A DNA stretch of 64,000 nucleotides from an archaeon (GTDB lineage: Archaea > Iainarchaeota > Iainarchaeia > Iainarchaeales > CSSED10-239), in the NCBI GenBank assembly GCA_041657425.1, contig JBBABY010000005.1, forward strand, positions 22,834-86,833, read 5' to 3'. The number at the start of each line of letters is the position of its first letter. Positions within the stretch are counted from its first letter, which is position 1. This document shows positions 9,696 through 19,456 of the stretch, in pieces. Below the pieces are notes generated by a model that was not told where the DNA came from, ran no database searches, and saw nothing but the letters and a program-made list of their open reading frames with translations. A program made the translations under genes and the position numbers.

Positions 9696-10877
9696 TTATT
9701 CCTTAATTCCAATATATCTGCTTTTTAGTTTCTTTCCTGCAATTACAGAAACTAAAAGTTCTTCAATATCTTTTTGATAAATGTCTCTTCCACCAAGTCC
9801 AAAGACTAAGGACATTACTTCTGGTTTATTTGTTGTATTCATTACTGTTAAACAAATATCTTTGTAAAGAGGAGGATAACTTCCTGGCCCTTCAGTTCTT
9901 TCAAGAACAATTATTTTTTTTGCTTTCTTTAAAGCTTTTGAATATTCTTCATAAAGGAATGGTCTGAATAATATTGGTCGCAAAAGACCAACAGATTTTC
10001 CTTCTTTTCTTAATTTATCAATAACATCTTTTGAGCTTTCTGCTGTTGAACTTAATACAATAAGAACTGTTTCTGAAGAACTTGCAAAATAATCTTCATA
10101 AAAATTAATTTCTTTTCCAAAATTATTTTTAAATTCTTTAGAAATTTTTGAATAGTTGTCTTTAACTTCCAAAAAAGCATCAAACATTTGTTTTCTTATT
10201 TCCATGTAACTGTCAGGTAAAGCAAGAGCACCAATAGTTATTGGGTGATCAGTGTCAAGAAGATTATATTTAGGTTTAAATTCTCCTACAAATTTTTTAA
10301 CAGTTAAATCATCATAAACATTAATAACTTCCATATTGTGGCTTGTGTAAAATCCATCAATACAAACCATGATCGGAAGAGATACTGATTCTGCAAGTTT
10401 TAATCCAAATAATGTCATCTCATAAGCTTCCTCGGCATTCTCACAATACACTTGCATCCAACCTTGGTCAATAGCAGACATTGAGTCACTGTGATCACAA
10501 TGAATGTTAATCGGCGCAGAGATTGCTCTATTAGCCACAGGCATAACTATTGGAAGTCTTAAACCACTAGCGACACTAAGTGCTTCATACATGTAAAGTA
10601 AACCTTGAGAAGCAGTAGCTGTAACTGCTCTAACACCTGCAGCACTTGCACCAATGGTTGCTGAAAGAGCAGAGTGTTCAGATTCTGTTCTAATTAATTC
10701 AGTGTCAACAAGCCCATTAGCAGAATACTTAGCATAACTTTCAATGATTGGTGTTTGAGGAGTAATTGGATACATTGCAAATACTTCTGGGTTAATTTGC
10801 TTTAATGCATAAGCAATTGCTTCTCCACCACTTAAACCTAATTTTGTTGTTTTCATTCCTTCACCATCTTTATACAT
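9696..10877 (-). CDS. porA: pyruvate:ferredoxin oxidoreductase alpha subunit
   Basis: POR N-terminal and domain II signatures (GGEAIAYA, YPITPQT, SEHSA). Confidence 0.85.
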   Translation of the reverse strand: MYKDGEGMKTTKLGLSGGEAIAYALKQINPEVFAMYPITPQTPIIESYAKYSANGLVDTELIRTESEHSALSATIGASAAGVRAVTATASQGLLYMYEALSVASGLRLPIVMPVANRAISAPINIHCDHSDSMSAIDQGWMQVYCENAEEAYEMTLFGLKLAESVSLPIMVCIDGFYTSHNMEVINVYDDLTVKKFVGEFKPKYNLLDTDHPITIGALALPDSYMEIRKQMFDAFLEVKDNYSKISKEFKNNFGKEINFYEDYFASSSETVLIVLSSTAESSKDVIDKLRKEGKSVGLLRPILFRPFLYEEYSKALKKAKKIIVLERTEGPGSYPPLYKDICLTVMNTTNKPEVMSLVFGLGGRDIYQKDIEELLVSVIAGKKLKSRYIGIKE

Positions 10878-11140
10878 TTAACTGGACAGATTTCAGCACA
10901 GATTCCACAGCCTTTACAATAATCCATATTTGTTTCTCCTCTTTTAATGCCAGTTTTATCTTTTTTGGTTAAGATACAATGTTCAGGGCAAGCATTAAAG
11001 CAAAGCATACAGTGTATGCATTTTTTTGAGTCCCACACTGGCTTAACACTTCTCCAAGATCCAGTTTTGTTAACAAGGGCAGTTCCTCCAGGAAGCACCC
11101 CACCAAGATTGTGTTTTTGTTTTTCTGTCATAAATATCAC
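10853..11140 (-). CDS. porD: pyruvate:ferredoxin oxidoreductase delta subunit (2x[4Fe-4S] ferredoxin)
   Basis: Two CxxCxxCxxxCP clusters (CIHCMLCFNACP, CKGCGICAEICP); overlaps porA start. Confidence 0.8.
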   Translation of the reverse strand: MIFMTEKQKHNLGGVLPGGTALVNKTGSWRSVKPVWDSKKCIHCMLCFNACPEHCILTKKDKTGIKRGETNMDYCKGCGICAEICPVKCIKMVKE

Positions 11141-11220
11141 TTATACCTAAATACTATATAGTATATAAAATACAAGTCTTTTTATAATTATTTAATTTAA
11201 AATATATAAGTGATTTAATA

Positions 11221-12048
11221 ATGCCAGAACTAAGAACCTATAAACGAGGAAAAACAGAAGTTGTTGTTAATGGGCATAAGCATGAATTACTAGATAAAAA
11301 AATATTTGAAGAAATTAAAAGACAAGCAAATTTTGTGAGATTACCAAATTCAACAGGCCAGTTTTCTCAAATTTTAGAAAAAGAGATCTTTATTAAAAAG
11401 GCAATTGATCCAGAAACAGACATAGATCAAATGAAGGATTACTTAAAACAATCACAAGTAGTAGATAATATTCCAGAGATTTATGGTTATATTAAACTAA
11501 ATGATAAGTTATATATTATTCAAAAACTAATTTTAGACTCGATGGTATTAAGTGATTATTTAAAAAAAGCAGATAAAAAAGAAATATTAAGAATAAAAGA
11601 GCAACTAAGAAAACAAGGAGAAATACTTTTACAAAATAACCTTTTACCTTGGGATTTTAAAATAAAGAATTTAATTTATTCTAAGAAAGATAATAAAGTT
11701 TATATTTGTGACAATGAGATATCCCACATACACCCCGAACTATTATATTCTTTAATTAAAAGAGCAAATTTACAACCCTCTAGAAAATTAAAATTATTAA
11801 GAGATTTGTCAAAAATAAAAAGAAAAGTTGTTTTAATAAAACAAAAATTGCTTAATTTAAATAAAAAAACAAGCAATGCAGAAACTGTATTGCAATCTAA
11901 TAAAGAAATGAAATCTTCTAAATTAAAAAGATTAATTCATTCAGAAACTAAAAAGATATATTCTAATTTATCAAGTCAAGAAATTAAAAAAATACAACAA
12001 ATTACTTTTGAAGAGTTTTTGGCAGATCTTGATTCTTATTTAAAATAA
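11221..12048 (+). CDS. hypothetical protein, possibly atypical kinase-like fold
   Basis: 275 aa; weak resemblance to protein-kinase-like catalytic region (LLPWDFKIKNLIY ... VYICDNE); opposite strand, splitting porG from porDAB. Confidence 0.35.
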   Translation: MPELRTYKRGKTEVVVNGHKHELLDKKIFEEIKRQANFVRLPNSTGQFSQILEKEIFIKKAIDPETDIDQMKDYLKQSQVVDNIPEIYGYIKLNDKLYIIQKLILDSMVLSDYLKKADKKEILRIKEQLRKQGEILLQNNLLPWDFKIKNLIYSKKDNKVYICDNEISHIHPELLYSLIKRANLQPSRKLKLLRDLSKIKRKVVLIKQKLLNLNKKTSNAETVLQSNKEMKSSKLKRLIHSETKKIYSNLSSQEIKKIQQITFEEFLADLDSYLK

Positions 12049-12593
12049 TCAAATCCTTTTTTAAGACATAAAAGATTTGGTTGAATAATATCTTTCTTTC
12101 CTTTCTTTTCAAATTCTGTAGTTATTGATGTTTCAACTGAAGAATATTTGATAACTCCAAATAATTTAACAAAGGCACCAATAAGAACTGCATTTGGATT
12201 ATTTAATTTTAATAATTCCATAGAAATTGAACTTCCATCAATTACGTTTGTTTTTTCTTCTTCTTTTATGTATTTTTTAAAGTCTGCTTTCTTTTTATTT
12301 GTATTAATTATATAATCACAAGTAAACTTTGAAAGATCAGGGATTGCTGTAAACAAAGTATCGTCAATAACAATAACTAAATCTGGATTAGTTATTGGTT
12401 CATGCACTCTTATTTGTTTGTCAGAAAGTCTAACAAATGATCTTACTGGCGCTCCTCTTCTTTCAGGGCCATACTCAGGAAATGCTTGAACCACTTTTCC
12501 ATCGATTAGCCCAGAATCTGCAATCAATTGTGCACAGGTTTTGGCACCAAGTCCTGCTCTACCATAAATTATTATTTCAAAGTTTGTTTTCAT
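12036..12593 (-). CDS. porG: pyruvate:ferredoxin oxidoreductase gamma subunit
   Basis: POR gamma domain (IYGRAGLGAKTCAQLIA, PERRGAPV). Confidence 0.8.
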   Translation of the reverse strand: MKTNFEIIIYGRAGLGAKTCAQLIADSGLIDGKVVQAFPEYGPERRGAPVRSFVRLSDKQIRVHEPITNPDLVIVIDDTLFTAIPDLSKFTCDYIINTNKKKADFKKYIKEEEKTNVIDGSSISMELLKLNNPNAVLIGAFVKLFGVIKYSSVETSITTEFEKKGKKDIIQPNLLCLKKGFDYFK

Positions 12594-12605
12594 ATTTTCT
12601 CAAAT

Positions 12606-12908
12606 TTATTTTTTAGTTGCAATTCTGGTTATCCAAAAGAAGGTTTCATAATTCTGGTCTTTATCAATTAATTCTGAAATAGTTAAATCTCCACAATTTT
12701 CAAAAAATTCTTTTAATCTGGGTTCTTTAGCAACACATCCATAAAACATCTTTACTTTTAAATGTCCAATCTTAGTTTTTATTAAGTCAGGTCTAGTATT
12801 TACATTAAAAAATTTTTTTAATTTCTCAGGAGTTGAACGAAAGGTAAAGTTATTTATTCTTTCTTTTATTTTTGTTCTAATTTCTCTAATTTTTGCTTTC
12901 ATTGCCAT
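12606..12908 (-). CDS. hypothetical protein
   Basis: 100-aa ORF upstream of and co-oriented with porG; no family recognised. Confidence 0.3.
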   Translation of the reverse strand: MAMKAKIREIRTKIKERINNFTFRSTPEKLKKFFNVNTRPDLIKTKIGHLKVKMFYGCVAKEPRLKEFFENCGDLTISELIDKDQNYETFFWITRIATKK

Positions 12909-13006
12909 TTATAATCACCATAACTATCAATACATAAGAAAGAAATGATTATATATATATTTATAGTATTTATAATATATCTATTTACAAACAAACGTGA
13001 TAATTC

Positions 13007-14353
13007 TTGAAAACACTAGAAAAATACTTTAAACCACATACAATTGCAATAATTGGGGCCTCTGATAAGCAGGCAAGTATAGGTAATACCCTCGCTAAGA
13101 ACGTAAGCAACTATAAAAGAAAAGTATTTTTTGTAAATCCTAGATTGTCAGGAAAGAAAATATTAAATAAACAAGTTTTTGCAAGTATTCTAGAAATCAA
13201 AGAAACAATAGATTTAGCAGTTATTGCAGTTCCTGCAGTTGCTGTGATTTCTGTTATTGAAGAAATTGCAAAAACTAAATGTAAGAACATATTAATGGTG
13301 ACTTCTGGTTTTTCAGAGATTGGAAGAATCGACATTACTGAGAATATAAAAAAATTAATAACAAAACACAAAATAAATCTAGTGGGTCCAAATTGTTTAG
13401 GTTTATTAAATCTAGAAAATAATTTAGATATTACATTTAATGACAGAAATAAATATGATTTGCCAAAAGTAGGAAGAACATCAATAATTTCTCAGTCAGG
13501 CGCTCTTGGTCTTGCACTTTTAGATCTCTCAAGTAAAGAGCAATTAGAAATTAATAAGTTTATTTCATATGGTAATGCATTAGATGTTGATGAAAGTGAT
13601 TTATTAGAGTATTTTTATACTGACAAAAGCACAGACCTAATTCTTTGTTACATTGAAGGAGTGCAAAACGGGAAGAAGTTCTTTGAAACATTAAAGAAGG
13701 TTACAAAGAAAAAGAAAGTTATAATTTTAAAAGGCGGAATCTCAGAGAAAGGAACAACAGCAGTTAAGAGTCACACCGCAGCAATTGCCGGTTCTTCAAA
13801 AGTTTTTTCTACAGCAGTTAAGCAAGCAGGAGCAAAAGAAGTAGATAATATTAGAGATTTATTTAATCTTGCAAAGTTTTATTCTTGGTACAAAACAAAT
13901 AAGATGGAAAATATTCAGATAATAACTAATGGTGGGGGGTTTGGCGTAATTACAACAGACCAATTAGATTTACAAAAAATAAAGTTGGCAGAAACTACAA
14001 AAGAAACAAAAGAAAAAATAAAAAAGATTGTTCCAATCTATGCGACAACCACAAACCCAATTGATTTAACAGGGGATGCCGATAATGCCAGATTCTGTAA
14101 AGTTATTGATATTTGTTTAAAAGACAAAAATGTTTCAGCAATTGCAGTATTAATGCTTTTGCAACTACCGAGTATTTCTTCTTCAATTGTTAATGAGATT
14201 GCAAGCAGAAAATCAAAAACACACAAATCAATATTTTTAGTATCAGTTGGTGGAAGTAAAACCGATAAGCAATTAGCAGATTTTGAAAAACAAAAAGTAC
14301 TATGTTTTAAAGACCCAAAAGATCTTTCAAGGATTTTAAAACAAATTATTTAA
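13007..14353 (+). CDS. acetyl-CoA synthetase (ADP-forming) alpha subunit / CoA-binding ligase domain protein
   Basis: N-terminal CoA-binding Rossmann motif (IAIIGASDKQASIGN, LVGPNCLGL) and succinyl-CoA-ligase-like domain; TTG start. Confidence 0.7.
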   Translation: MKTLEKYFKPHTIAIIGASDKQASIGNTLAKNVSNYKRKVFFVNPRLSGKKILNKQVFASILEIKETIDLAVIAVPAVAVISVIEEIAKTKCKNILMVTSGFSEIGRIDITENIKKLITKHKINLVGPNCLGLLNLENNLDITFNDRNKYDLPKVGRTSIISQSGALGLALLDLSSKEQLEINKFISYGNALDVDESDLLEYFYTDKSTDLILCYIEGVQNGKKFFETLKKVTKKKKVIILKGGISEKGTTAVKSHTAAIAGSSKVFSTAVKQAGAKEVDNIRDLFNLAKFYSWYKTNKMENIQIITNGGGFGVITTDQLDLQKIKLAETTKETKEKIKKIVPIYATTTNPIDLTGDADNARFCKVIDICLKDKNVSAIAVLMLLQLPSISSSIVNEIASRKSKTHKSIFLVSVGGSKTDKQLADFEKQKVLCFKDPKDLSRILKQII

Positions 14354-14598
14354 ATTGCTTTTACTTTTCTTTTTGGACTTTCAGCTTTATCTTTGTGTTT
14401 TAATAGTTGGTTAATTTCCAGAAGCAGTTCTTTTTTCTTTAGTCCATACATTTCACAGACATCGCCAATTTCTAAATTGTCAATTTCTATTTTTGCCATT
14501 GGACAACTTACGCAAGGGACTTTGTGTTTAACTAGTACTTTTTCCATTCCCTTAAGTTTCATTATCTTTTCTAATTTTGTATGTTCGTCTACTTTCAT
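14350..14598 (-). CDS. DUF1858-type small redox-disulfide protein
   Basis: VPCVSCPMAKIEIDNLEIGDVCEMYGL matches the DUF1858 CxxCP motif; sits immediately downstream of iscU. Confidence 0.55.
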   Translation of the reverse strand: MKVDEHTKLEKIMKLKGMEKVLVKHKVPCVSCPMAKIEIDNLEIGDVCEMYGLKKKELLLEINQLLKHKDKAESPKRKVKAI

Positions 14599-14612
14599 AT
14601 TTTGCCTCCGAT

Positions 14613-16208
14613 TTATTTTTTACAATTTTTTTCTTTATGACAACAGGAGCAGTTATCATTATGTGTTATTTCTAATATTTTTCTTCCTTGTTTGGAATAA
14701 TAATCATTAATTGCTGCTTGAAGTGCATCTGCTGCTAAGTTAGAACAGTGCATTTTAATTGGTGGCAAGCCGTCAAGAGATTTTGCAACATCTCCTCTAG
14801 TTATTTTAAAAGCATCATCTAGAGTTTTACCTTTAGCAAGTTCAGTAACCATAGATGAGGTTGCAATTGCTGCTGCACAGCCAAGTGTCTTAAACTTAAT
14901 ATCTTGAATAATTTCTTTTCCGTCTTTGTTTTTTGAAACAGTAATGTATAACCACATTATATCTCCACAATTATGAACAGTAAAAGCATTTGTGTTGTAA
15001 GAATGCGAAGTATCTATTTCTAAATTATACACTTTGCCGGAATAGTTTTCTGTTTTTTTAAAAGTAATGGGGGTATATAAAATGTTTTTATCTATCCAAG
15101 AGTTTATTGCTTCTGGTCTTAGATTATAAAAAGTAACTTCAATAATTTTAGCAAGTTTTGTTGTAGATTCTTTATCGCCCACGTGTATTCTATAACATTC
15201 TTGATGTTTTTGCTCTTTTTTATCTGTTTTTTCTTTTTCTGTATATATTGATGGAATAATTCCTTGTCTTAATAATAATATTTTAAGTTTATGGACTAAT
15301 TCCTTAGATATAGTAGAATATCCCCCCCTTGGTATTTTTGTATTAAAGAAACCATCCCCTTTCCAAATACCATAAATTAAAGATTTTTGTTTTTCTGGAG
15401 GCAATGTCATAAACATATCTGGTATATCTTTATTTTTAGCACCAGATTTAAATAACTCTTTAAATAATTTAACTATAAAAACGCTATTTATATAAACTAC
15501 TTGAGAATGTTGAGTTTCATTTTTTTTAATAATTGGGGTTATTCCAAAAATTTTTTCTGAAATTCTAACCACGTCTTGTGCAAGATTATTTTCTTTTAAA
15601 TTAAAACAAAATGCTATATGCACATTATTTGTTTTATCAAAATAATATCCTTCTGAAAGATAATATCCTGCTAATCTTAAAAAATCTGAATCTAATTTTA
15701 TTTTTGAAGGTATTGATTTACTATTGTGATCAAATTTCTTTTTTTTGGTATTTACTTCTAAGTAATCAACATCTTTTGTATCAGATAGTATTGCATATAA
15801 AATTAAGTCGCCTTTATCTAGTTGTTCTGCGTGATACCAGGCCGGAATTAATGTTTTTTTATTTTTCGTTCTTAAAAATTTATCTCCTTTAGGGATTTTT
15901 ATTGCATAAACAAGATGTTCTTTAGTTAATTTTATTTCTCCTAGTCTGTTTTTTAGAACAATAATTGGTTCAGAAATAACTCTTTTGTAAGTTTCAGTAA
16001 CTGAATGATACTTCCCATCATGACTTATAATAAAATCATTTTTTTTTATATCTTTAATTTTTTTTAGTTTTAAATTAGTGTGTATATTTGTATCTTTAAA
16101 CAAGCATTTAGGATTTCCTACCTTTCCAACTCCGTCAGCATTTTCAATCTCTCCAAGGTTTTGTGGTTTTAAGAAATTTTCCATAACTTTTTTTGAATAG
16201 TTTTCCAT
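14613..16208 (-). CDS. iscU: Fe-S cluster scaffold IscU/NifU-like, intein-containing
   Basis: Exteins MENYSK...GNPK | CGDIMWLYI ... GCAAAIATSS ... HCSNLAADAL are IscU; a 379-aa insertion sits between them. Confidence 0.85.
   Translation of the reverse strand: MENYSKKVMENFLKPQNLGEIENADGVGKVGNPKCLFKDTNIHTNLKLKKIKDIKKNDFIISHDGKYHSVTETYKRVISEPIIVLKNRLGEIKLTKEHLVYAIKIPKGDKFLRTKNKKTLIPAWYHAEQLDKGDLILYAILSDTKDVDYLEVNTKKKKFDHNSKSIPSKIKLDSDFLRLAGYYLSEGYYFDKTNNVHIAFCFNLKENNLAQDVVRISEKIFGITPIIKKNETQHSQVVYINSVFIVKLFKELFKSGAKNKDIPDMFMTLPPEKQKSLIYGIWKGDGFFNTKIPRGGYSTISKELVHKLKILLLRQGIIPSIYTEKEKTDKKEQKHQECYRIHVGDKESTTKLAKIIEVTFYNLRPEAINSWIDKNILYTPITFKKTENYSGKVYNLEIDTSHSYNTNAFTVHNCGDIMWLYITVSKNKDGKEIIQDIKFKTLGCAAAIATSSMVTELAKGKTLDDAFKITRGDVAKSLDGLPPIKMHCSNLAADALQAAINDYYSKQGRKILEITHNDNCSCCHKEKNCKK
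14970..16106 (-). other. intein with LAGLIDADG homing-endonuclease domain inside iscU
   Basis: Begins CLFKDT, ends FTVHN with +1 Cys, which is the first Cys of the IscU CGD motif; LAGLIDADG blocks LRLAGYYLSEGY and IYGIWKGDGF. Confidence 0.75.
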
Positions 16209-16219
16209 AATCTTTTCAC

Positions 16220-17362
16220 CTAATATTTATAAGGACACATTTCTCTTAATTTTTTAATTGTGTCTTTAACAGTGTCAACAGTATATTTAATTTCTTCTTT
16301 AGTATTATCAATTCCTACAGAGAATCTAACAGTTCCATGAGTTTGTTCTTGTTTTAATCCTATTGCTCTTAAAACATGACTTGGTTCAAGAGTATTAGAT
16401 GAACAAGCAGAACCAGTTGAAACTGAAATTCCTGCAGCATCAAGATACAAAAGTATTGCTTCTCCTTCTGCATACATGAAACTCAAATTAGCATTATTAC
16501 ATAGCCTTTTATCTTTTGAACCATTCAACCAAGACTCTTCAACATCTGATAATCCTTTAATCAATTGATTTCTAAGATTAGTCATATGTTCAATTTCTTT
16601 TTCTCCAATGATGTCGGTTGCTTTAGAAAAACCAATTATTCCAGGAACATTAACAGTTCCGCTTCTTAAATTATATTCGTGTCCTCCACCATGAAGAAGC
16701 GGTTCTAATTTTATTCCTTCTTTAATAAATAATCCTCCAACACCTTTAGGTCCATAAATCTTATGAGCATTAATTGTTAAAAGATCAATATTGTCTTTCT
16801 CAAGGTTAATTGGAGCTTTTGTAAAACTTTGACAAGCATCTGAATGGAAAAGAGTTTCTTTTTCATGGCAAATTTTTCCAATCTCTCTTAAGTCTTGAAT
16901 AGTTCCAATCTCGTTATTTCCATGAATTACAGAAACTACAAGTGTGTCTTTTTTAATTGCCTTTTCAAGTTGGGAAAGATTAACAAAACCTTCTTTATCA
17001 ACATCAAGATATGTTACAGAATATCCTTTTCTTTCAAGAAACTTATAAACATTAAGAATACTATCGTGTTCAATCTTTGTTGTAATAATGTGTTTCTTAT
17101 TTTTGTTATTTTCTGCTAGCCCCTTAATTGCAAAATTATTACTTTCTGTTCCTCCAGAAGTAAAGATTAGTTTGTGATTTTTGCTATTGGCCTTCTTTGA
17201 AATGTGCTCTCTTGCTTTATCTAGTTCTGCTTTAGCTTCGCGACCAATTGTGTGAAGACTAGAGGAATTTCCGAAGTATTTTTCTTCTGCGTCAGTTATT
17301 GCTTTCATAACAGATGAATGCATCTTTGTTGTTGCTGCATTATCTAAATAAATTGATTTCAT
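16220..17362 (-). CDS. iscS: cysteine desulfurase
   Basis: Class V aminotransferase/NifS signatures (YLDNAATT, SSLH, SGGTESNN, active-site region SACSS). Confidence 0.9.
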   Translation of the reverse strand: MKSIYLDNAATTKMHSSVMKAITDAEEKYFGNSSSLHTIGREAKAELDKAREHISKKANSKNHKLIFTSGGTESNNFAIKGLAENNKNKKHIITTKIEHDSILNVYKFLERKGYSVTYLDVDKEGFVNLSQLEKAIKKDTLVVSVIHGNNEIGTIQDLREIGKICHEKETLFHSDACQSFTKAPINLEKDNIDLLTINAHKIYGPKGVGGLFIKEGIKLEPLLHGGGHEYNLRSGTVNVPGIIGFSKATDIIGEKEIEHMTNLRNQLIKGLSDVEESWLNGSKDKRLCNNANLSFMYAEGEAILLYLDAAGISVSTGSACSSNTLEPSHVLRAIGLKQEQTHGTVRFSVGIDNTKEEIKYTVDTVKDTIKKLREMCPYKY

Positions 17363-17667
17363 TTCTTTTCCTCTTTTTTACAGCATTTATTTTTACAAAA
17401 ATCTTTTGTGTGTTGATTAACGATCTTAACAAGTGGTTTAATTGTTTTCTTGTTTAAGGAATAAATAATGTTCTTTCCTTGTCTTTTAGAAAAAACAATA
17501 TTGCAATTAAGAAGTTGTTTTAAACTATGGCTAACCTTTGATTGTTCTTCTCCAGTAATTGTACTTATTTCAGAAACTGTTTTTTCAGACTTATAAAGTA
17601 GCTTAATTATTTTCCATCTCGTCTTGTTGGAAATAACTCCAAAGAAATTATATGATAAACATTTCAT
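17359..17667 (-). CDS. ArsR/SmtB-family HTH transcriptional regulator
   Basis: wHTH region KTRWKIIKLL...TVSEIS; first gene of the ArsR-iscS-iscU cluster. Confidence 0.65.
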   Translation of the reverse strand: MKCLSYNFFGVISNKTRWKIIKLLYKSEKTVSEISTITGEEQSKVSHSLKQLLNCNIVFSKRQGKNIIYSLNKKTIKPLVKIVNQHTKDFCKNKCCKKEEKK

Positions 17668-17707
17668 ATGTATATTATGTCAGAAGTAGTATATATATAT
17701 TTTGTTT

Positions 17708-18904
17708 TTAATATTTTAGAATATCTTTAGCTTTTTCAACATCTCCGTTATTTAGAAGATCATAGATTCTCTTATAATCAAAGTCTTTGGAGATTTTAGT
17801 TTGCTCAATTTGCTCAGAGAAGATTTCTTTTGCAAGTTCTTGTATGTTTTTATTTTCGGTTTGTAATTTCTTAAGTTGATCAATGCTTTCTTTTAGTCTT
17901 TTTTCTTCAATATCGTTCTTGATTGAAATATAAAAATAATCAGAATATTCTTTTTTAATCTCATTTAAATTTAGATTCTTAAGAGATTCTCCGCTTTCAA
18001 GTTCCCCTTTAATTCTAATTCTTACAATTGCTTTTTTTTCAGGAGTCTTTGTAAGTTTTTCAAGTTCAGTTTTGATTTGTTGCAAGATTTCAAAAACGGT
18101 TTTTTTAGAAAACTTAATATCTATATAATGTGTTTGTCTAATGTTTTTTATTTCAAAGAAGTTTGTTTCTTTAGTTTCAGTATCAATAATAAAATAACCT
18201 TTTGGTTTTTCAGTTTCTTTTTTTTTAATCTGTGTTGTTACTGTGGAACCAGGAAGTAAGAACTTAACTCCTGAAGGAAGATCAATAACGCTTGACCAAT
18301 GAAGATGGCCATTAACAATAACATCAAATCCACTTGGAAGGTCACTTAAGGAAATTGTGGCGATCATCTCGTCTTCAAAAGGCAGATATTCCAAAATTGA
18401 CTGATGTATCATTAAAAGGTTGTATTCTCCCTTTACTGGTTGTGGAGAAAACTTTTCAAGAAGATAGTCCTTAGCATATTTTTCTGGAACTCCAGTCATT
18501 CCAAAGATATTTATTTTTTCATTTATAAACGAAAATTTGTCTGCTTTTAAAAGTTTAAGAAAACCCATAGATTCTAAAAGTTCAACAGTAGTGATATAGT
18601 CTTTTCCACGATATTCGTGGTTACCAATAATTGCAATCATTGGTATTTTTGTTTTTAATTCTTCTAATTTATTTGGAATATTAATGTCGCTTAAAAGATT
18701 AATTGTTTCAAACAAAACTTCTGGAGAGGGAATAGAAATATCAAAGAGGTCTCCAGGAACCAATACTAGATTAATATTTTGTTCTTCAAGTTGCTTGAAG
18801 GCAGTATAAAGATTATTAAAAGAGTCTTTTCCAAGTTCAGTGTCATAGCTAACTCCAAGGTGCCAATCGCTAATAATTGCAATTTTCATAAATAAGATAT
18901 ACAC
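17708..18904 (-). CDS. mre11: Mre11/SbcD-family DNA repair nuclease
   Basis: Calcineurin-like phosphoesterase motifs (ISDWHLG, GDLFD, GNHE, GHLH); no adjacent rad50. Confidence 0.7.
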   Translation of the reverse strand: MYILFMKIAIISDWHLGVSYDTELGKDSFNNLYTAFKQLEEQNINLVLVPGDLFDISIPSPEVLFETINLLSDINIPNKLEELKTKIPMIAIIGNHEYRGKDYITTVELLESMGFLKLLKADKFSFINEKINIFGMTGVPEKYAKDYLLEKFSPQPVKGEYNLLMIHQSILEYLPFEDEMIATISLSDLPSGFDVIVNGHLHWSSVIDLPSGVKFLLPGSTVTTQIKKKETEKPKGYFIIDTETKETNFFEIKNIRQTHYIDIKFSKKTVFEILQQIKTELEKLTKTPEKKAIVRIRIKGELESGESLKNLNLNEIKKEYSDYFYISIKNDIEEKRLKESIDQLKKLQTENKNIQELAKEIFSEQIEQTKISKDFDYKRIYDLLNNGDVEKAKDILKY

Positions 18905-18967
18905 ATAACTTTTTTTAATACCTTTTAAAAATATATTTATTCATAAATATATATCTAGTTTTCTAGT

Positions 18968-19038
18968 GCCTTGGTAGCAAAACGGTCATGCGTTCGCCTG
19001 CAGAGCGAAATAACGGAGTTCGACTCTCTGCCAAGGCT
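18968..19038 (+). tRNA. tRNA-Cys (GCA)
   Basis: Cloverleaf with acceptor GCCTTGG/CCAAGGC, anticodon stem TTCGC/GCGAA, loop CTGCAGA, T-loop TTCGACT. Confidence 0.85.
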
Positions 19039-19042
19039 TAAT

Positions 19043-19456
19043 TTACATATTCTTTAAGATCTCTGCAATGTATTTTTGTGCATCGTTTAATTCAGATATT
19101 TCTCTTGTTAATTTTGCAGAGTATTTTTTTGCTCCAAGTTCTTGAAATTCGTGAATGTCAAAGTCTTCAACTGTAGAAAATAAAACTTTTGGATCTGTCC
19201 CATTAATAATCTCATTTAATAATTTAGTTGTATTTTTTTGTTTTCTATAAAAAAAAGAATTAGAAAATGCAAGTCTTTTTTTCTTTGCATCTTTTGTTTT
19301 GGTTAAAGAAAGAAATGTGTTAATGTGTTTTTTGTGAGAGTTAGTTGTGGTTGTATCTAATACCAGTTTTGGTTTTTTTAAATGATTTGGAAGGCCAACC
19401 TTTACTTGCTTTTTTGCAAGTTTTGCTTTTCCCATTTTTTTAAAATCACCAAACAC
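19043..19456 (-). CDS. hypothetical basic protein
   Basis: 137 aa, Lys-rich; overlaps the stop of the upstream PEP-utilising-enzyme gene by 1 nt, so operonic. Confidence 0.4.
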   Translation of the reverse strand: MFGDFKKMGKAKLAKKQVKVGLPNHLKKPKLVLDTTTTNSHKKHINTFLSLTKTKDAKKKRLAFSNSFFYRKQKNTTKLLNEIINGTDPKVLFSTVEDFDIHEFQELGAKKYSAKLTREISELNDAQKYIAEILKNM

